DNA of 64,000 nt from Trichosphaerium sp. ATCC 40318. Its lineage: Eukaryota > Protista > Tubulinea. A program made the translations under genes and the position numbers. Of this stretch, positions 24,813 through 38,260 are shown piece after piece. The stretch covers positions 62,001-126,000 of the forward strand of contig JALMLS010000564.1 of the NCBI GenBank assembly GCA_038496445.1, in the 5' to 3' direction. Below the pieces are notes generated by a model. The model was not told the origin of the DNA, made no database searches, and saw nothing but the letters and a program-made list of their open reading frames with translations. Numbering within the stretch: the stretch's first letter is position 1; each line of letters starts with the position of its first letter.

Positions 24813-27067
24813 TTAAATGACAGATTTTCCGTTCTTTTTATTACGTTTTCTTCTGTTGAATGGCATTAGCCTATTTCTCCATGATTCTTTTGAAAATACA
24901 AGAACTACAAACAACAGAGCAACCTAACACTCCAGTTAATACACTGGTGTCATAATTAGAGGAGTGTACCATGACAACGCCAGCGACAACAATACCAGCA
25001 ATGATTCCAACATTGCTATTGTTGGACTGATGGTTACATTCATCTTTGAGCGAAAACACTATACTCAGCCTGTTGCAAGGATTAGTATGTTTACTACACA
25101 AGTGTTTTCATTGTGCTTTAGTACTTTTCTTGTGATAATTGTTGTTGGGTGCTAAAACAATCTTTGGTGCCACTCACAGAAGTGGCTTCACCAATGATAC
25201 AAGGTGATTGAATCGCAACTACCTTGTTTTTATCTATGTGATCTATATTGCTAACGTTGATATCGAATGAGCTTCCTTTTTCGAAGTTCACACAGCCTAA
25301 CAGCCAGTGAATACAGCTGGTAGATTTCAGAGTATGTGTACCTGTAACAATGAGAGTATTGTTGTTTGTCAAACTGAGTGACACATTACCCTTGTTTGTG
25401 AAGTTACCGGTAATTGTCACAGCGTCAGTTATTATCACTGGGGCAACGATTATTGTGTCGTTCATAAAAACACAACGTTGTTGCCCTGGAAGCCCACAAG
25501 ACAAGCAATCTTCTTTGTCGCATATTACTAATGAAGTATTAGTTCCATCCAATGGACAATGGCATACCGGGAGTTGTATCAACAGGCGGAGGTGATGGAA
25601 AAGTATCAATAGGCGGAAGTGATGTAGATGTATCAACAGGTGGAGTCGATAACTGTGTTGGTGCGCCATTTCCAAAACACGGTAAGGAGATGAACTCCTC
25701 ATACGAACTAAGCGGAACTAACAGGTATTAGCAGTATACCATACGCAACATGCGTACTATCACAACAAGAACCTGTTTCACCGCAGGTGAAACTTGTGTT
25801 ATCTAGATGCAATGAGTGCTAGGGCTTGTTTTGTAAGTACTTGTTAAAACGCACGTGCTATGCAAGAATGACCACAATCGCAGGTGTTTTCAAGATATAG
25901 CGTAGAGTTACAGTCATAGTTATTCGACGTGTTGTGTCCAAAGTAGGAACCTCTACCAAAGTGTTAGTGGTGCCAACACTGTATTATTTTTAAAGGTACT
26001 TTATTATTAGTGTAGACACAGCTATTGTTACTGGGCTATAAAATTGGTCAGATAAATGCGTTCAATGCGAAGTACCTTGCACATAGGTTGTTCTGAAAGA
26101 AAGAACTAGATATATTTACAGGTGAATCGAAGTCAATCAAACAACCTACCATTTGTCAACAAAAATTAACAAGGGAGAAAATGGGTATCCTGAAAGGTTT
26201 ACCTCCGTCATTGCTACTGTCAACTGTATTATCTACAAACGAGCAGTTTTTGATTACCACTTCCTTTACAAAGAGTAAGAACTATGAAAGATGTACCTAG
26301 TACATACACTAAAACCACCAAATAATCTTCGTTCTACATTGTTTACAGTGAGTTCATTACATTTTGAAAAAAAGATCAGTACCTCTAAGGATAGATTTAT
26401 AAAACGTAACAGTATTGTTAATTGATTGAACTCTTTCAATTGTCACGTGGTCACTATGTAAATGGTATTTTCAGAAAAAGTGATCTTACTTTCTGGAATA
26501 GTATTTTGGCGTACCATTCAACAAGATCTAAGGTGCTATCAGCGCCTGTGAACACTACGTTACTACAAGTCATTGTTAGCGTGATATCTTGTTTCCCTCT
26601 CTTACTCCAAATGCAAAGAAAGCGCCCCTGTGACATCCATAGAGCACGATGAAAAGACAACTCCTCGTAAGGTAATATTCTTTCCATTTGCCTGTATTTC
26701 GAGAAGATTCTTGTCACTTATATGAGGGGCTAAGACTGTATTGCTACCTTGATTTTTTTGCGTCAGATAACTACTCCGAATCTTTCGGCGTACCTTCAAT
26801 TACAATATTGTTTTGAATGTTTATGACATCAGAGGTATTTGTGATGCTAAAGGTCATTGTTTCGTTCAAAAAAAGTATGTTTGCGTTCAAGGTGAGGTAG
26901 CAACTGAATATATTACCACATGGATGCGCTGGTGAAGTGTGAACTACAATAAATTCTTTGTCAAAAAAAAAAGAACGAAGCCTGAGTTTACCTGTAAGAC
27001 AGTTTGTTTGAGTCATCAGTACGCTACATATGACACAGAAAACAAGGTTGAGTAAGCTTTTGTACAT
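24813..27067 (-). CDS. surface protein array copy 1 (signal peptide, beta-helix-like ectodomain, stalk, conserved juxtamembrane domain, TM, short tail)
   Basis: MYKSLLNLVFCVICSVLMTQTNC signal; PCGNIFSCYL; ITGNFTNKGNV; GCVNFEKGSSFDINV; AIQSPCI; LSIVFSLKDEC; TM; SKESWRNRLMPF tail. Confidence 0.85.
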
Positions 27068-27644
27068 TTTACACTTTTTGTAGTATTAAACACGTGATGA
27101 TTGTATTCGAAATGACTGTGATAAAGGCCTTGTGGTTAAGCAAAGGATGTAAATAAAATTTAGCTTTCTTCGGATTTTATGGTCAAATAAATTTTGAGAC
27201 TCAAATACAAAAGTCACGTGATACAAGCCTTTGTAGCCGTTTTTATTAACATAGATCCATTGAAATCGGGCGGGAAGCGGTAAAGCGCTTTCATTCTATT
27301 CCATGAATTTCGTAATAGTCTTTTCTAATCAAACCGATAAAACAGATCATTGAATGTCCCATAATATTATGGGAAAGGCACGAACTACAAGATGCAAGGT
27401 AATCTGTGGTACTAGAAAGGCCTTAAGGTTGCATTCAATACTATAGGAATGAGCCTTACAATGTAACTAATGCTTTTACTACCTCCACATTCCCAGTAAA
27501 ACAGGAATGCTATTCACTCGGAATTTTTACCACTTGTCTTTAAACAACGTTTATAGATAAACAGCGTTGTAAATAATTGGTAAGGTGGTACGGTATAGAT
27601 TTATTTGTGGGGAATGTATTGCAAGTTTCGGTACAAAACATCAC

Positions 27645-29952
27645 TTAATATGCAGGATGTTTTTTGTCATGACCTTTTCTGTTGTAGGGCATGATCTTAT
27701 TTCTCCATGATGCTATCGAAAATATAGCAACCAAGACCACTACTGCAATCTTAACACAAACAATTAACAATAGAGGAGGTACAAGCATTAATAAAACTGT
27801 AGACATTAATGTCTCTGGTGTACCAATATGATGACAGCAACAATGATTCCAAAAACAATACCAAGGGTGTTATTATCGGACTGGTCTTTACATGCGTCTT
27901 TGAGTAAAAAAACAATACTCAGTCTACGAAAGTAGTTGTTACGTATGTGCGGTTGTAGCGACTTTGCTTACTTGTCTTCGGACTGCAGTTTAGTGTTGAA
28001 GCAATCTTTGGTACCGCTTATAGAGAAGACGCCATCGTCGATGCATGGTGATTGAATGACATCGACCTCTTTTCCATCCACGTGATCAACATTGGCAACG
28101 TTGATATCGAAAGAGCTACCGTTTTCAAAAGTCACACAGCCTTCTTAAAGTCACGTAAACTCTTGTTAGATTGATCGTACCTTTGACATTGAGTGTGTTG
28201 TTATTTGTCAACTTGAAGATCACGTTGCCTCTGTTTGTAAAGTTACCATTAATAGACAAATTGTCCGATATGATTAGAACGCCATTGTTAACAATACTGT
28301 TATTAACAGCGCAGGGCTCTTGAGGAACAGGGCATATCAAACAATCTTCCTCTTCACATATCACTATGCTTTGTGTAAGTTGTACAGGTGCTGTATTAGA
28401 GTACATGTATTATTATTGGGAAGTGGTTGTGACACAAGCGTTGGTGGTTCAGATGGGGGTGGTATCAAGCATGGATATTTGGATACAAAGTCTTCAAACG
28501 ATGCTGGCTCGTCTACCAAGGTGGTTTTTAGCTTTTATTGTAATACGTATTCATACTTACCCTCACAACAGTCATTGGTGGATACACAAATAAAATTGTT
28601 TATGGTGCTACTAAGTTTGTTTAGATAGTAAAGTGGGAACGGCAGAATTGCTACTCACCATATTCTTGTGTTATTAGTACAATCGCAGTTATCTATGTCT
28701 AATGTGGAACAGCTATAGTAATTTGTATGTTGTATCCTACTTCCAAAGAAAGAGCTTCTTAACAAAAAACAAATGAGTTGAACAAGCACTTTATGATTAT
28801 TGATTGTGGTTTGTTGTACTGTATGGTAAGGTTTCCGGAAAGTATTGCATCATTCGTTTGACTAACAATACAACAAAAAAAGTAAGGAATTAAAACACGT
28901 GTTGTACTGTTACCACTCTGAGCATCCGTTGTCCTGAAAGTAAGTATTTAATATATCAAGAGGTGAACTTACATCAATCAACCACCCTATATTTATCAAC
29001 GATAAATCAATAAAACTTGTGTACCTGTTTTAAGTGAATTAATTAGTGTGTTATTAGTAAAAGAACAATCTTTGATTACCACCTCCTAAACGAAAATTAT
29101 GAAAAAACTCCGAAAGGCAGAGCACGTGCTTGTGTTGTATTAGTGCTTATACCTAACTAAAATTAGTGTTCAAAATGAGTTAGAACATTCAAACAATGAC
29201 GTACCTCTAATCAAATTATCAGTAATAGTATTTTTAGTGAAATGGCTATCAACAATAACAACTGCTCTTATGTCCTGGAAAAAAAGACCACACTCTGTAC
29301 TAGATTGAATTGTGTTTTCTCTAAATTGTACTCTTTCAAGGAGCAAGTGATCACTACGTAGTTTGTTATTCTTTTAAAAATTCGCAAGATATACTACCGC
29401 ACCAGAACGTGACATGCAAGATGTTGCATAAGTCTGTGTTGTTGAAAAATATGGTGTCCCTTGAAAGATTTAGTTCAGTTTTTATTTTTTTTTTTTCAAT
29501 CGTACTGTAGGTGTAGTGACACGTTTGAAATTACAACAGAGCACTCTGAAAACGCAATACCGATGATAGATAACTTTACATTAGCGTCTCCATTAATTAG
29601 AAGCTGATTGACGCCGGCTGCTGGGATAACTTCTGTTGAGTTACCTATTAAAATGGTTCAGTTAAAAGTTCTTGGGTGGGGTAACAATTGCCAATACCTG
29701 TAATAGTGAGGTTTCTTTGCATAGTTACATCTCCATGCGTTACATTTGCGAGGATGTGGCTTATTGTATTGTTTAAAATAATCTCTTTAGCGTCTAAATA
29801 GAGGTAACAAGCGACGACATTACCGCAGTCGTGCTCTATTGAAGTATGAACTAGTGGGCGTAAGTTTCAGCAGAGTCACTTCTATTACCTGTAGTGCAGT
29901 GAGATGACGCAATAATCAAGCACATAGTAATAAAAAAAAGAAGCTCGAACAT
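27645..29952 (-). CDS. surface protein array copy 2
   Basis: MFELLFFITMCLIIASSHC signal; DCGNVVACYL; INGNFTNRGNV; tail SIASWRNKIMPY. Confidence 0.85.
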
Positions 29953-30399
29953 ATTTGTGTGCACGGTCACGTGCTAATAAAAGTTAATGTAAGGAATAAT
30001 TAAGGTAGCGCGGAAAGTTTTTTTCCCCGCCTTTTTTGTGCACATTGTGAGTCTATTTACTTTTCAACTAGCTAGGCGAGCTTGAGTCTTTGTATTAAAA
30101 TAAAAATGTCTCACGTGCGTAAGTATGAGCGAAAGCCCAGACGCAACAATATTCCTAAAAAAGGCTCAAGGCACTACATTCAGCACACTATTATCATCCA
30201 GGTATTCAAGATACTGCAGGTAAAATTTACCTGGAGATCATTTCTTGCTGCCAGTCTTTATTGTTATGACATGGTCATAAAGCGATCCTCCCTGGTTGTG
30301 AATGGTGAGCAGTTATAGCCATAAAAAGTGGACGTTTTATGTAACGCGTTCACGTGGGTAACAACTCAGTTTATTTATAACAGGAAAAGTACTTGTGTA

Positions 30400-32805
30400 T
30401 CATATACTAGCGATATTGGTGCGTTCTTTCATGTGCTTCCTTCTGTTGAAAGGCATGATCTTATCTCTCCATGATTCTTTCGAAAATACGATAATCACAA
30501 ACAACACTGCAACCTTACAATACCAGTTAATTACAAGAGAACTTATGATTGCTTTAAATAAAAGAGAAACGCACTATGACAATGATTGCAACAATGATAC
30601 CAACGACAATTCCAACTGTGTTATTGCTGCTTTGGCTCTTGGATTGAGTATTGCATTCGTCTTTGAGTGAGAACAGTACACTTAGCCTATACAAGCTCAA
30701 TGTAAGTTTAAAGTATCATTATACTTGTTTTGTTGTCTTCTTGGGTCAGCATTGAAGCATGGCTCGTTTCCAGTTATTGAAGTGATATCGCCACTGATAC
30801 AAGGTGATTGTATAGCAACCACATCATTCTTATCGACATTATCAACATCAGTAACATTGATTTCAAACGAACTTTCTTCTCCAAAGGCAAGGTTCATACA
30901 TCCTTTCAAAAGTTTGTGAGAAACAAGAGAAAATAGCTATTTGCTTACCTTGAACAATGAGAGGGTTGTCGTTTGTCAACTTAAATATAACATTGCCTCT
31001 GTTTGTAAAGTTGCCAGTTATCGTAACAGGTTCTGTTATTATCAGTTGGCCTACATTAAGAACGTTACTATTAAACACACATCGGTCTTGTTTAGGAGAA
31101 GAACACTCTAGACATCTATCATTTGAACATATAACTAGCATAAAGTTAGCAAAAATTGTCTCAACAAAATCGCAGTACTGGAATCACTTGGTTGTACACT
31201 TGGCTGTACGCTTGGCTGTGAACTAGGTCGGTTGTCTGGTGTTGTTGGCATTGTAAACATGGGCGATGTTATCAGTGGAGGTGTTATACATAGGTAAGAC
31301 GACGTAAATTCGTCATAAGAATTGAGCACAGCTAGCAAGACAATAAATTAACAGAAAAAAGTAAGGCATCTTACTGTTGCAACAACCCTCTGGATACATG
31401 TAACAATTATCACGTGTTATGTTATAGCCTAGTAATTATTAGTCTTCTTTGTTGGTTAAATACCTACTTTCAGAGCAAGAGTTGGTTTTGTTACCACAAT
31501 CGCAAGTGTCTTCCAAAGTTGTATTGCAAGCAAAGTTATACGAAGTATTAGAACCAAAGTAAGAGCTCCTAAACAAGTTAGCAACATAACAATAATCGTT
31601 TTTATGTACTGTATTGTGAGGTTCTGAGAATGTATTGTTACGGATTCTTCACTGTTAAGTGACACAGTAAGTAAGGACAGATTAAATTCGTCAAAGCTAA
31701 TTTTTACGTACTATGAACACTGGGTGTTTTGAAAGAAAGAGTTTGAAATAATTAATGGAGCTTCGAAGTTGATCAAGCACCCTGTTTTCAAGATTAAATA
31801 CATCAACAGTGTTACTAAGAATAACCTGTGCTTTGGCTGTCTGATATAAAATTATTTACAAACGAGCTATTGCTGATAACCACTGGCTTTGAGAAGAAGT
31901 TTAACAACAACAAGTAAGATGAATTAAAGTACCCTTTCAAAATCATGTATTCCTCCATCTAAGTAAGGAATCATATTAGCAAAGGAATAACAGTATTGGG
32001 GTTACCATAAATTAAGGCATAAGAATCTTCAAGGTTATTATCAATAAATTGGGTGTTAGAAATGTCAACTGTTTTTACGCTTTTTAGCTGAAGGCAACCT
32101 CCACCAAGTAGCGACAGCGTAGAAATAGAGTTTCCACGAAATTCCACATTGTTAATAATCACTTGATCGCTATAAATAGAGGTTCAGTAACATCCAGAAG
32201 ATACTTCCCTTGGATATTTACTTATTTCGTACCAGCTTTCAATGCTCAAGAGACTTGGACCAATGATCGCCGGATCTGAGGAGTAGTTTAGGAACTTAGT
32301 GTTTCTAAACAAATTGTAAACTTCGCGTTGATTATTTTTTGATGTGACGCCATACTGAATACTCAAAGATTTCAGCTCGGTAAAAACTAAAGAGCATGAT
32401 TTAAACGTGATGTCTGTAAGGACAAACGACATTCTTTCCCCGAAAATGGTGAGCGTATCATTGGCTCTGTTAAGTGGAACTACTGTAGCGTTATTACCTG
32501 AGTATAAGGGTAAGAAAACACGCTTTCTGTGATTGTTTAATTTGAACCAAAAGTAGAGCACCTATTAGGTTGAGGGTGGACGTTAGCGTTATGTTGTCGC
32601 GTGTAGTAAGGTAATACGTTGCGGTTGCGTTCAATACAATCTCGGGAGCGCCTGACGATAGGTAACAATGCAAGAAATTTCCACAAGGAGGAGCTGTAAA
32701 TAATTAAATTATGTTTGTACAGAAAAAGACTTGACCTGTTTGCGCATGTGATAGGATAAAGCAAATACAATAAAACTGGAGGATTTTGAACACGTGTTGG
32801 CGCAT
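30400..32805 (-). CDS. surface protein array copy 3
   Basis: MRQHVFKILQFYCICFILSHAQ signal; PCGNFLHCYL; QPSV repeats in the stalk; ITGNFTNRGNV; tail SKESWRDKIMPF. Confidence 0.85.
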
Positions 32806-33175
32806 TATATGAAATGGGCTTTGAATATCAACGAACTGACTGGTTAAATATTATTTTTGGGTTTTAAGTGAATAAGGCTAAAACAAATAAAATGTGATTT
32901 CTTGTTGGTCAGCCCAAAGTTCACTAAACTGGTTTAGTTTTGTTGCATTGTTATTGAAAGGCTCAAAGACAGCTTGATATGATTACAAACTGACAGTGGA
33001 CTTATGAAACTATGCAGTCAAACCTTTGGGACCACAGTGACTTCATTTACAACTGGTGTTGTAAAAAGTGCGTGCTTTATTATCTTTTTATAAGATCATT
33101 CTAAGATAATTAAAGCTTCAAAGCGAATGCTTTGATTAGTGTTGATTGTAATTCTCATGTTTTTTTTGTTGCGTT

Positions 33176-35486
33176 TCATATAGCAACATTGTTGTGTTCT
33201 TTCAAGTGCTGTCTCCTGTTAAAAGGCATGACCTTGTTTCTCCACGATTCTTTTGAAAATACAACAACCACAAATAACACTGCAATCTTCAAAAGAAATA
33301 AGTTGTTGATAACCTTCATAAACTCGTACCAAGATGATGATGCCAGCGATGATTCCAAAAACAATACCCAAAGTATTGTTACTACTTTGGTTTTTTGATT
33401 GGTTGTTACATTCGTCTTTGAGTGAAAATAGAATACTCAACCTATGGTAGATGTTACTTAGATTGTGAATGACCTTAGCATACTTGTTGTTTTGAGAAAT
33501 TTGTTTTTCAGCATTGAAGCATGGTTCAGTGCCACTTATTGTAGTAGAACTTATGTCACCAGTAAAAGATTGAGATTGAATGGCTATAACCTCATTGTTA
33601 TCCACGTGATCAACATTGGCAACGTTAATAATGAAAGAACTCCCGGTTTCAAAGTTCATACTACCTTTAACGATGTGTTAAGCTAGCACTGATGTAGTGA
33701 TTTACCTTGAACAATGAAAGTGTTGCTTAGTGTTGAATTATTTATGAGCGTTAATATTGCACTGCCTCTGTTTGTGAAGTCGCCAGTTATCGTTATAGTA
33801 TCCATTAGAAGTAGTTGGCCAATGTTTAATACGTCTTTATCAATGATACAGCGCTGTTGAGAATCAGGACAAGACAGACAAGTTTCGCTAGAGCATGTTA
33901 TCACTGAAGAAGTAAAGTTAGTCTCAGCCAGTTTGAACAAAACATACACGATTGGTTTGAATTTGGTGGAGACATGGGCGCATTGGTAGTTGGCAACAAT
34001 GGTGTGCAACTACTGGCTAGAAACTCATCTATTGATGCAGGTTGATCTTTAAATATGTAAGAGTCTAGTACTTGGAAGCTAAGTGTACCGTTACAACATT
34101 CACTTAGGTCGATACAATCAGAAATAACACTAGTTCTATCTATGTTGGAGTGAGCTGTCTAAGGAAGTTATGTCATTTGAAACTCACCTGCGCAAGTGTT
34201 GTCACAGTCACAAATATCTTCAAGAAGTACTGTCATATTACAGGAGTAGTCAGTTGCTGTGTTGTTATTAAAATATGAGCGTCTCAAAAAAAAGTAAGCA
34301 AGGAGCGCCGTATTTAATTTATTTTAAGTGTACTGCATGTTTAGTCCTTGAGATACTATTGCTAATGCATACGGACTTTAAACAATTGTAAGGCAACTAA
34401 AGAATCACTTGTTTCGTACTCTGGGCATTGATTATTCTGAAAAAAACTATCTGAAATGTTCAATGGTGATTCTAATGTAATTAAACATCCTAACAATGTT
34501 AATCAACATTATCAATAATAGAAGAAGTCACCTTCGTCAAAGTTTGCAATTATGTTATTAATAAAGGAACAATTATGAAGTACCACCTCCTTGACAAAAG
34601 GTAAAGTTAAGGTTGAGAAAGTGATTATCTTTCACAAAGAATTTGCACCTGTATGTTCGGCTGTTCTGAAATGGCATTAATGAAAAAATCACTCTTTCAA
34701 AAGAAGAAAATAATGTACCTGAAATTGTAGGACCATTATTTAATTTGTTGTCTACAAATTGGGTATTGCTAATGCGTACGTGGGCAGTGCCTTGTATTCT
34801 GATACAACTGGCAGTACTGTTTAGTATATTTAGATAAAATTGTACTCCATTAAGTATCACGTGGTTGCTTTTAAAAAAGGTTAAGGATTTGTTTAATCAG
34901 ACACGTCAAACCATACCAGAAGTTGATACCCAACACATCTTTAGCACCCACATAGTCTGTAAATTTGATGTCCCTGAGTGCGGTTTAAAAAATAAAGATT
35001 GTGTTCTTAACGTACAAGAGGTTCAACGTTACAAAGGAAACACTTAAAGAGCATGACGAAAAAGAAATGCCTTCCATTGTCAACCTAATTGATTCGGTTG
35101 CGCCTGTAATTCCAATGAACGATCCCTGCAGTTGATTGTTGAGCCATTACCTACAATTATATTAGGCGGTCCTCCATATTAACGTGTAATTATGGAGTAA
35201 AGTGTGAGTAAATCGTACCAAAAATTGTTACGTTTCTTTTTAATGCGAATACCTCGTCTGCGGTACCATCAATGTACAGGACCATACTGTTGTTCAAAAT
35301 AAGTTCTGTAGCGTTCGTCATTAGGTAACAATGAAAGTCAGTGCCACATCCATGTGTTTCTGAAGGTCGAACTACGAATATCCATTACTCACACATAAAT
35401 TAATCGAAGGTACCTATTTCGCTATGCGATAACGTTATAGTAACGATAATAACGCAAGAAATTAGATAGAGCCCCATTCGTGCCAT
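33176..35486 (-). CDS. surface protein array copy 4
   Basis: MARMGLYLISCVIIVTITLSHS signal; GCGTDFHCYL; ITGDFTNRG; tail SKESWRNKVMPF. Confidence 0.85.
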
Positions 35487-35777
35487 TTGGTACAAAGCGA
35501 AAACATAATTAAAACACGTGACTTAAATCTTCTCGGTACCAAGTCACAAAGTAACTCTAAGGGACGAGAAACAATGTAGATGTAGTTACACTTTTACCTT
35601 GAAGTTCAAGAGACAATTCTTCGTGAAAATTATTTTTCGAAGAACAACTTTCTTTGCACAGGCGCCTCCAATTTTTTCGGAACATATGCAACGCCTACTC
35701 AACGTGCAGGTGTAAAACAGAAGTGTTACTTCGGTCAGTGTAAAGAAAGTGCTTTATTGGTAACCTATTTTGAGGCT

Positions 35778-38102
35778 CTAGATTCTCGTGTTTATTGCTA
35801 CTTTTTTGCGTTTGTTGTTCCCATGATTGAAAGGCATGATCTTGTTTCTCCACGATTTTTTCAAAAGTACAACGATAACAAACATTAATGCAATCTGCCA
35901 ATAATACTTAATTGTGAGAAAATATTGTCGACGGCAGTAAAGTTATCAATATTATTAGTTTTTATTGTTGACTTTGACCAGACTTTGCAATTACGCAATA
36001 ATGTTCCAGTTAAGCTGTTTTGTTCAGCAAGAAAAGTGCACCGTTGTTAATAATTGTTAATTTTTAATAACTTGACTGCCGTCGACTATAACTAGGCAAA
36101 ACTATTGTAGTATTCGTACCAAAACGATGAGTGCAAAAATGATTCCGAAAACAATACCAACTGTATTGTTGCTACTCGATTGACACTCGTCTTGTACTGA
36201 AAAAAAAATACTCACCCTATGATGAAGTTAGGTGTTGGCTACTGTTGATTACTAGCAGGTTTTTCGTACTTGGTTTGAGATGTTTGTTGTTGAGTGTTGA
36301 AACAATCTTTGGTGCCTCTCACTAAACTGATATCACCGCTGATACAAGGTGATTGAATGGCTACTATCTCATTGTTATCCACATGATCAACATTGTCAAC
36401 GTTAATATCAAATGTGCTTCCTTCTGCCAAGTTCACACATCCTTTTAAAATGTTATCAATATGTGACATAGTGATCAAGTAGACGTACCTTCAACAATGA
36501 GAGTGTTGTTGTTTCTCAAATTCAGAGTAACAATTCCCTTGTTTGTAAAGTTACCAGTTATTGTAACAGTACCCGCAATGATTATTGAATCGGTGTTCAC
36601 AACACTTCCAGAAATAGTGCATGGACTGGTTTGACACAATGTTGTTCCTACACCAACGTTGATAACTGGTAGGGAGCATAACGTACCCCATGGAAGTACT
36701 ACAGGAGTGGTCGTATTTGCTGATGTTGTTGGAGATATTGCTGGCACAGGAGTATTTGGCTGTGAGCCTAAACGAGTATTACTTTAAGTAAGCACCGGTG
36801 CTTACATTCGCAGGAACACTCGCTTTCAAGAGTGAAGATACACAAGCTACTACAGTTGTCATAGTTTGATCTTTGTGCCGTTGAATAGCAATTGTATGGA
36901 TTATATTGATCATAACATCCGTTTTTTGCCTCACAAGTATTACTGAAACAAAGTTATTATTAGAAAGGATAAAATAAATCATAACTGTATAATTGTTACT
37001 GGGTTGCCACGAAATAATGAACTATTTAACGATTGGTCTCTATCAAACAAATAAGTAATTTAGAAAATAATCAAAGCTAATAGATCACCCGCAAGTATTG
37101 TTCACAATAGTGCAATTCGTTAAGATCAAATGCATACTTGTCTGTACAAGGCAATCGTCTTTTGAGAACACATTCCGAATAAAATGTGAGTCCGTTATTT
37201 CAATACTTCCTTCATCATGTTCTTTACTGCCTATAACATAACCAGTATTGCCAGAATTTGCCATTCGGCTAGAAACATGATTGTTGTTTTTGAATATACA
37301 ACCCAAAAAGGATATCTAAGTGTTTTAGTGCTTTGTTGAGACTGCATTGTACTTCTTGTGTTATTAATTCTAACTCCACACAGATGCGGTTGTAGCTGAA
37401 CGATGTTCCAGTAATATTGACATTACTCCTAAGCACTCTCAGACGTTGAAAACGTGTTTTAAAAGAAGGCACCCTTTTGATATCGTCAGTGCGGTGTCTG
37501 CATTGTTGTCAAACTGAGCATTTCTTAAATATAGGTAAGTTAACGCAGTTTCTGTGCCATGTCGTACGTGATATTGACGAATGAAGCATTGGACACAACA
37601 AGCGCACAATGCTTAAAACAGAGACGCTCTATCGTCACATTAAACCCATTACCATTTATAGATAATACACTCCCTGTGATTGACGAACGCCCTTCAAAAC
37701 CTTATGAAAATCGGTTACAAAAAAATCACACGTGATCAAACGTTATTTTCTTTGGCGAAACGTAATAAACGTTTGTAAACTTTTTTGGTAGCTTTTTGTT
37801 AGAGTCCGTTTTCAGATCGTAGTACGAACCTGGGCGAATAAATAGGTTTTCTGTTAGGTTTATAGTAGTACTACTCTCTACGTAACAGCAGTCTTCGTTT
37901 AACTCAATGTCGCTAGTATTTTCATTTTCAAAGTAGTTGTAGCAGGGAATGCTGGTTCGACGTTCTACAAATGTGGTTGGCTCGCCGTCACCAGTAAGAG
38001 GAAAAAATAATGGAGATAATATTGTTGTATACCTGTAACATGACAGTGCGTGAGTGGAGTACTGATACCAATAATTCCAATAACTAAAAGCAGGCTATTC
38101 AT
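35778..38102 (-). CDS. surface protein array copy 5
   Basis: MNSLLLVIGIIGISTPLTHC signal; ITDSHFIRN-type beta-helix repeats; ITGNFTNKG; tail LKKSWRNKIMPF. Confidence 0.85.
35923..36090. mobile_element. MITE-like insertion (~168 bp, ~27-bp imperfect terminal inverted repeats, TA ends) in the last intron of copy 5
   Basis: tattgtcgacggcagtaaagttatcaa (35923-) is the reverse complement of ttaataacttgactgccgtcgactata (-36090) at 24/27 positions. This intron is ~220 nt versus ~40-60 nt in sibling copies. Confidence 0.65.
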
Positions 38103-38260
38103 TTGTTGATTCTGTTTTATTAGAATTCACAATCCTTAATTCAAGTAGGGTGAGTCAGGAGAAATTCGGCATCTCGCATTTGAGTTATAAACTGAGATGG
38201 GAACAGAACTTAGAAATGTTACTAACAATCTATTTATGTAGCACTAATGACGTTATAGCG

